A stretch of 64,000 nt of DNA, from assembly GCF_009914755.1 (NCBI RefSeq), contig NC_060927.1. One strand, 5' to 3'. Position 1 is the stretch's first letter. Each line of letters begins with the position of its first letter. The notes under the pieces are model-generated. The model was not told where the DNA came from. It was given only the letters and a program-made list of their open reading frames with translations, and made no database searches. The DNA comes from the human T2T-CHM13v2.0 reference genome, Homo sapiens. This document shows, piece by piece, positions 55,979 through 64,000 of the stretch. Both the position numbers and the translations under genes were made by a program.

Positions 55979-58250
55979 CAGGCATACGTCAGAGATGTTG
56001 CAGAACTGGTTCCAGACCATAACAATAAGACACAATAAAGCAAGTCTCACCAATTTTCTGGTATCCCAGTGCATATAAAAGGTATGTTCACTCTATACTG
56101 TAGTCTATTACTTGTATAATAGAATTGTATAAAAACATAAATGTAATACATTAACTTAAACACACTTTATTACTAAAAAAAAATGCTAATGATCATCTAA
56201 GCCTTCAGTGAGTTGTAATCTTTTTGCTGGCAGAGGGTCTTGCCTTGATGTCGATGGCTGCTGACTGATCAGGGTGGCAGTTGCTGAAGGCTATACGATG
56301 TGGCTGGAGTAATTTCTTAAAGTGACAATGAAGTTTGCCACATCAACTGACTCTTCCCTTCATGAAAGATTTTTCTCTAGTAGGAGATGCTCTTTGATAG
56401 CATTTTACCCACATTAGAACCACTTTCAAAATGGGAGTCAGTCCTCTCAACCCCTGCTGCTGCTTTATCAACTACAATTATGTAATATTCTAAATCCTTT
56501 GTTGTCATTTCAACAATATTCACAGCGTCTTAACCACTAGTAGATTCCACCTCAAGAAACCACTTTCTTTGCTCATCCATAAAAGAAGCAACTTGTTTAT
56601 GTTTCATCATGAGATTGCAGCAGTTCAGTCACATCTTCAGGCTCCACTTCTAATTCTAGTTCTCTTGCTAGTTCCACAACATCTGCAGAGACTTCCTTCA
56701 CTGAAGTCTAGAATGCCTCAAGGTCACCCATGAGGCTTGGAATCAACTTCTTCCAAAATGTTGTTCATGTGATTGAGTCACAAATGTTCTTAGTGACACC
56801 TAGAATGGTGAATCCTTTCCAGAAGATTTAAAATTGACTTTGCCCAGATCCATCAGACTAATCACTATCTAGGGCAGCTATAGCCTTACAAATGTATTTC
56901 TCAACCTTTGGGTGACCAGTTGCACTGTCCATAAGCAGTAATATTTTGAAAGAAATACTCTTCTCTGGAGTAGTAGGTCTCAGCAGTGGGCTTCAAATAT
57001 TCAGTGAACCATGCTATAAACAGATGTGCTATCATCCACTCATTGTTGCTCCATTTATGCAGCACAGGCAGAATACATTCAGCATCATTCTTAAGGGCCC
57101 TAGGATTTCTGGAATGGTAAATGAGCAGTGGCTTGCACTTAAAAGTCACCAGCTACATTAGGCCCTCACAAGAGAGTCAACCTGTCCTTAGAAGCTTTGA
57201 AGCCAGGCAATGACACTTCTCCTCTCTAGAAGAAGTCTTCCATCTCTAGAAAATCTAGAGATGAAAGTCCTAAACGGTATCTTCTTCCAATTCAGTAGAA
57301 GGCTATTTGGTCTCCATTAAAACTCTGATGTTTAATGTAGCCACCTTCATCGATGATCTTAGTTAGATCTTCTGGATAACTTGCTGCAGCTTCTACATCA
57401 GCACTTGCTGCTTGCCTTGCACTTTTATGGCATGGTGCAGCTTTTTACCCTTAATCCTCATGAAATAACCTCTGCTACCTTCAGATTTTTCTTGTGTAGC
57501 TTCCTCACCTCTCTGTCTTCACAGAATTGAAGGGAGTTCAGGCCTTGCTGGGTTAGGCTTTGGCTCAAGTGAATGTTGTGGTTGGTTTGATCTATCCAAA
57601 CCACTAAAACTTTCCCTGTAACAGCAATAAGGCTGTTTCACTTTCTTATCATTCATCTGTTCATTGGAGTAGCACTTTAATTTCCTTTAAGAACTTTTCC
57701 TTTCTGGTCACAACTTGGCTAACTGTGTGGCACAATTTCGATATGCCTTCCTTGCTCAGCTTAATCATTTCTAGCTTTTGATTAAAAGTGAAAAATGTAC
57801 CTTTCACTTGAACACTTAGAGGCAACTGCAGAGTTATTAATTGGCCTAATTTCAATATTGTTGTCTCTCAGGGAATAGGGAGGCCTGAGGATAGGAAGAG
57901 AGATGGGGAATGGCCAGCTGGTGGAATATTCATAACATACACAACACCGATCGATTAAGTTTGCTGTCTTATATTGTTGTGGTTTGTGGCAAACCAAAAC
58001 AATTACAATAGTAACATCAAAGACCACTGATCATAGATCACCATAGCAGATACAATGAGAATGTTTGAAATGTTGCAATAATTACCAAAATGTGACACAA
58101 AGACATGATGACACAAAGACATGAAGTGAGCACATGCTCTTATAAAACTAGTGTGGGCAGACTTGCTTGACTCAGGGTTGACACAAACCTTTGAGAGGTT
58201 AAAAAAAAAAAAGCAGTGCCTGGAAAGTATAATAAAATGAGGTATGCCTA
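55979..58250 (-). mobile_element. Second Tigger1, near full length with an internal deletion near 56900
   Basis: TA|CAGGCATACGTCAGAGAT ... AATAAAATGAGGTATGCCTA|TA; ORF 56901..57149 NPRALKNDA...[17 protein letters not shown]; colinear with 2609-4969. Confidence 0.93.
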
Positions 58251-58365
58251 TACATGTTTGCATCTCAAGCTTTAAGAAAAAAAACATTATGGGATATATC
58301 CATCTTTCCATGGAAATAAAAGTACAGATTAGTAGTACTAAATTACCAAAATCAAGAAGCAATTA

Positions 58366-58545
<180 letters not shown>

Positions 58546-61134
58546 TTAAATCTAAACCTTAAAGAACTTAGACTGCTATCCTTTCACAGTATCAAATGAT
58601 TTTATAAGATTCACATCATTTGAATCATATATGAAAAAGAAAATGTAAACTGTAACTATCTCTAATAAAAGAAATTTACAATTTTATCACCTTGCTCTGC
58701 AAAAAAGAATAGCAATTTTTAAAGAAAGCGTTTGTCACCTAAGAAGGCACCAAAAGCAAAAAAGGATAAGTGTTGAATTTCTTCTGATCCTCTGTTCCCC
58801 AAATTCCACCTCTAAAATACAAAGAAGCAAGGGCAGAAAAGAGGTACCTCCCCCACCAAAAAGCATGACAATGGATTCTAAGAATGAATACTCCTCACCC
58901 AATGTATTTCTTTAAAAAGGGTGAGAAACTGGCCACTGTCTTGCATTTTGACTTCTGACTCACGGCGAATATTTCAAGGCTTATAGACTCAATCTATTTT
59001 TCCATATCTTGGTCAATTTATTAACCACATAAACATTTATTACCCAATAAATTATAAACAGGCCCTTCAACTTCAGGGCAGAAATGATTCACTGCCTATA
59101 AATTCTAACTCTGCTATAGTAAGTATAATTGCATGTTTTCTTATTCCAATTTTCCTACTAAAATACTTCATTGCATGTATTTTAAATATGAAGTATAATA
59201 AATTACAATTAATTTCTTTTGAGATGTCGCCCAAGATAATCCAAAGACAGAATAAAATAAACTGCTGTAGAAGCCAGCCATTCTGACATACATTAATAAT
59301 AAAGATAAATAAAGGGACAAAATGCAACAAAATCAAAACAGTAAAACAGTAAGTGCCAAAAAAAAAAAGTAAAGGTACTGGAAAACCAGGGTAAAGACAG
59401 ATGAAAGTAGTCACAAGGATTTCAATGACTGGGATTTCTTTTCTTCCATTTATTTCTAGTCAATGATGACTCTAACCTTAACTTCTTTTTCCTTCATCAC
59501 TAGTTTTGAAGTTTGTTTTTTAACCCTCTCCCCAAGTACTGACATACAATAACCATTTCATAAATTAATAAATACTAATCCCTGTTTTTAGGCTGCATGA
59601 AAATTATGACATTTAGTTTTCAGCATAATTGATAGGAGACTGTTATATCTTCTAAAGGATGCTTTTTAATTAACAAGATAGATGCTAATTATGTTCAGAA
59701 AATTCATTACGAGACAAAACGTTAATACCCAAGCTTTGTAGCCTGAAGTTTTTTCACTACCTGATGGAGCTACAAAAACGGAGCAGCCTCTCTTACAGAG
59801 GAGACTGGTTTTAACTACTTCCCAATATTGTGATCACATCTAGCTTTTTGTTCCTAAATAGCCCAACTAGTTCTTTAGCTACTTTTTGGCCCCTTTTCAT
59901 CTAGTAAAAAAATAAGAAGAAAGTAATAGTATTTTGTTCAAATTACCAATCTGATAATGTACAGTCCAAAGTGTTTCCCAAACTCCATCTGACCAAACCA
60001 ATTTTGTTAAAAACAAAAAAATCAGAGGGTTTATAAAAATGAGCTATCAAACAAGCGAAATCCCTCTTCCAAATTTATCAGAATAAAGCTATTTTATGTC
60101 CCAAGAGAATGGGCTGTACCAAGTGTTTTGACACTATATGAGAACAGAAGCTCTTCTAACCTTGGTGTCTCAGTCTGTCCCTACCAAGTCAGTCACTCTC
60201 AATGGTGAAGACACCCCATTAACAATAAAACATATCTGATTTGGGCAGTTTTTCCTATAGACAAGTAGTAGTGCTTTGTTTCAAACACCAGGTAAGAGTT
60301 TTACTATCTTTCACCCTTTTTAAAAATAGTTCAGGGAACAGAGTCATGGCCTGCAAAGTGATAGGTCATCTGAAATTAGAAAACAGTAAAATGAGGACAG
60401 TCTGAAAGAGGACACATTGTGAGACTAAGAAAAATTAACTCATGACAGAACAGATTTACTTATTTTTTAAAGGATCTGTCTCAAGAGAAGCCTGTGGAAA
60501 ACATATCCTATGTTAAACCCCAAATTTAAACTGTGAATTGATGTAAAAGTATTACAAAGGGATAGGAACACAGGTATTAACAAGTGTGGGGCAATATGTT
60601 ATCTATAGAGCTATGGTGAAAAGAATCTGTAACAAGGGTGAAAAAATTAAATTGGAGAGAATCCAAATTATGTAAAGATGTCTTAGGGACCATGAGGAGA
60701 GAGATTAGGTGATTACACCAGTGAGGAAGTAGCGGGGTAACTGCCTGAGTTACATGGGAATGTAGGCTTGACTACATGTTAAAAGGTTAGATCAGAGAGG
60801 CACAAAGTACTGAAAACTGAAAATGGAAAGAATAAAGTTGTATTACAAATTCACAGTATATTACCAAGAAATGAGCTTTTAAAAGCAGAAAGTTTGATGA
60901 AATTTGCAGGAAAAAGGGTGGAATAAAAGGTTAAATTATAGAGGAAAATGAAGAAAACACTGCATTGTTTTTTATCTCATCCCTGAATTGAGGTTAATTG
61001 TGAAGTTAAAAAGATACACAGGAATGTATAATAATCAATATTTTGAAAAAATTTAGTTCTTACTGAAAAAGGAGTATATATACCTAATGTAAATTCAAAC
61101 AATACTAAAATACAATCAATGAAAAAGTGAGTTT

Positions 61135-61640
61135 CCCAACTACATTATATTCCCAAAGATCCTTTCTCAGGCAATCAAATATTATGGATTACGTACCATT
61201 TCAGAAATAAGCCACACATGTACTTGTGTATATATGTGTGTGTGTACATATATATATATATAGTCACATTCTGTATGTTTTTAAAACATAAAAGGTGGCA
61301 TACAATACATATACTCTTGATCTTGCTTTCTTCATTTAATGTTTCCTAGACATCATTCCCTTTCAGTTCACAGAGAGTTGCCTCATTCTTTTTCATGGTT
61401 GCATGTATTACTCTGCATGTACCGTAATTTATTTAGCCATTTTCCTACTAATGGATGCTTATAAACAATGCTATAATAAAAATCCCTATATATACACTGT
61501 ATTGTAAATATGTATTCCTAAGGAAATAATTCCTAAAAGTTAAACTGTTAAATGAAGGAGTATATACATTTATAATTTTGACAGAAACTAACAAAACTAC
61601 TCTCACAGCTGCACTAGTTTATACTTCTTGAATAAGAATT
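61135..61640 (-). mobile_element. Degenerate L1ME 3'UTR fragments with (TG)/(TA) repeats
   Basis: CTCATTCTTTTTCATGGTTGCAT...ACCGTAATTTATTTAGCCATTTTCCTACTAATGGA...ATAAACAATGCT. Confidence 0.55.
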
Positions 61641-61739
61641 ACTGTGTTTAGGCTGATATTGCAAAAGGAATATATTTAAAAGAAGATAGTAGGGGGAGGA
61701 GGGGAAAAGGGAAGGGGCAGGGAGAGGGACAGTAGCTTA

Positions 61740-61910
<171 letters not shown>

Positions 61911-63599
61911 CTAAACAAATCAGAATCCTTAAGCAGTCAATAAAGTAACAGATTCTCAGAAAAGAACAGGTGAAATGCTATGGATTACTGGCACTCAATC
62001 TTCCTTTCACAAGTTTTGTGTCACTTCTGTATTAATTAGCTATTTCTATATGAATTAGCTAAACTGTCATTAACCATATGTACTATTCGCTTCATTCTTT
62101 AATAACTCAAAAGAAGAAAATTTTACAATGTGCTTTATAACTTTTAATTTTACTAACATCTCACATTACAAGCCTGCTAAGATGGGCTTTTATTTAAAAC
62201 ACAAATGAAAAGCTCAGAGAGGCACCCCAAATCATGAATAATCAGTAACTTTGGGCCAGAAACCAGGTCTCCTGATTTTTAAGTTTATAGTTCTTTCTAG
62301 TAGAGCATGCTGCTGAATGTAAACGTATTTCCAAAGTGTGATCTTTAGAATATTCTTCTGAGATGTCAGCCTCCAAGGTGATTGATACAGTGGTCTAGGA
62401 AAACTCATGTGGACTGAGAAAATCTGTAATCACTGCTCTATCAAGACATCAATAACCCTGTTAGTAGCATCACCATTCTTCCTGTTAATATCCTTCAGAA
62501 AAAGTATAATTCAAAATGACATTCAAAAACAGATGCCTGACTATTGACATCATCTTTCAAAAGAGAAGACTTTCTCAGTTTTCTTACCAAAAAGATACAC
62601 TGAGAAACTGGGTCTGCATGGAGTAAAGAATCAGACTCTTGACTGGAGGAGAGAGAAACTTCATGGACGAAGAGAGTATAATTTAAACCTTCTGTTTATC
62701 TCAAGGTCAGTGTTCTGATTCACTTTTAAACTTTTCTGGCTGTTTACCTTCTGACCTCTACCCCAAAGTTACACCATGGACAGAATTTTTGAAATGAGTC
62801 AAACCAAAGATAATAAATATCTTGGTAAAAAAACAATTAAAAAAAAAGATACTTAAAAGTCTAATGAAGCATTGACATATGGCACCATCTTTAAAAGCTA
62901 CTGCTAAGGCTTAGGTTAATTAAAGTTAACATGAAACCTACTTTCATTCTAAGAAGCATGGTGAAAACTGCAGACAGCTGAATTTTAGTACATCCTTGAA
63001 GTTAATGTGAACTATTAGCTGGAAAAGTTTATGTTTTCTTTAAAATGAAGCAAGATGTAAACTGTACAGATAAGATCTTTTATAAGGTCAGCATTTTGCC
63101 AACAAAGTTAAAATTAAGGCATTTAGGTATCCATGTAACATTTTTTAAAAACTTCATAGTTCTATTATTGTACCATCATTCACAGAATCCATTTCTAAGT
63201 CCTAAAGCTTACTGTAGGAGTTTAATTCATTACCACTAAAAAGATAACCTCCCATAAGAAACTGAGTTCATAGGCATAAATTTACTAAAAAAAGAGATTT
63301 TACTGTGTCAGGGTATTGATGTCTAGGTCTGCAAGAATCAGTGAAAACGAGTTTTCTTTTTTTTTTTTTAAAAAAAAAAGCTTAATCGTTTAAATGAGGT
63401 TAATTTTAAGATGTCTTTTTACTGTATTCTTTCATCTGAAAGATCTACTCTATCTTCATTGTTTTGAAAAGTTTATCTAGAAAAGTCAAGATAAAGAATG
63501 AAATATGCAATATTATATATTTGTTGTTATTTCACTTTGTAAAAGTGTATTTATAAGAAAGCTGAGAGGCTTTCTAGACTAGAATGATAGCAAAAACAA

Positions 63600-63766
63600 G
63601 AACAGAAAAACAACTTATCATGGGCTGGGCACTGTTCTAACTGCTTTATGTGTATTATTTCACTTACTCCTTATAATAACCTTATGTAATAAGTACTAAT
63701 ATTATTACCATTTTAAATATAAAATAACTGAGGCCCAGAGAGATTAAGCAACTTGCTCAATATCAC
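63600..63766 (-). mobile_element. MIR element
   Basis: GGCACTGTTCTAACTGCTTTA...AACTGAGGCCCAGAGAGATTAAGCAACTTGCTCAA. Confidence 0.75.
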
Positions 63767-63885
63767 ACACACACAATATTCTGTAGTGGTTTGAGTAAGT
63801 GCTTCTCTTTCAATTACTATTTATGTATTTTGCCATATTTTATTAAATAAAGGTGTAAAATATAATCATTAAATAGCTTGGTGGA

Positions 63886-64000
63886 GGCCGGGCGCGGTGG
63901 CTCACACCTATAACCCTAGCACTTTGGGAGACCAAGGCAGGCGGGTTGCCTGAGCTCAGGAGTTCGAGACCACCCTGGGGGCAACATGGTGAAACCCCGT
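63886..64000 (+). mobile_element. Alu left monomer, cut by the window end
   Basis: GGCCGGGCGCGGTGGCTCAC...GGAGTTCGAGACC. Confidence 0.92.

Overview
Human-type, AT-rich intronic DNA from the body of GSK3B (glycogen synthase kinase-3 beta), transcribed on the minus strand. Six coding exons are recognisable, all with GT-AG boundaries. In transcript order they are 131, 107, 98, 96, 39 and 187 nt, and together they cover [11 protein letters not shown], the activation loop (Tyr216), the alternative 13-aa GSK3beta2 insert DSSGTGHFTSGVR and the C-lobe. The introns hold many transposon relics: a twin-primed inverted L1PA, a 5'-truncated L1HS-Ta with TSD, two near-full-length Tigger1 copies, THE1/MST/MER11 solo LTRs, about 11 Alus, MER DNA elements and a 76-bp minisatellite. 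The most striking unexplained structure is an inverted copy of the 39-nt alternative exon, including both splice sites and its upstream intron, about 700 nt 5' of the exon in the pre-mRNA. It forms the outer arms of an approximately 800-nt imperfect fold-back that could sequester the exon in an RNA duplex or make it an ADAR substrate. Repeat family names come from recalled consensus sequences, not from a search.
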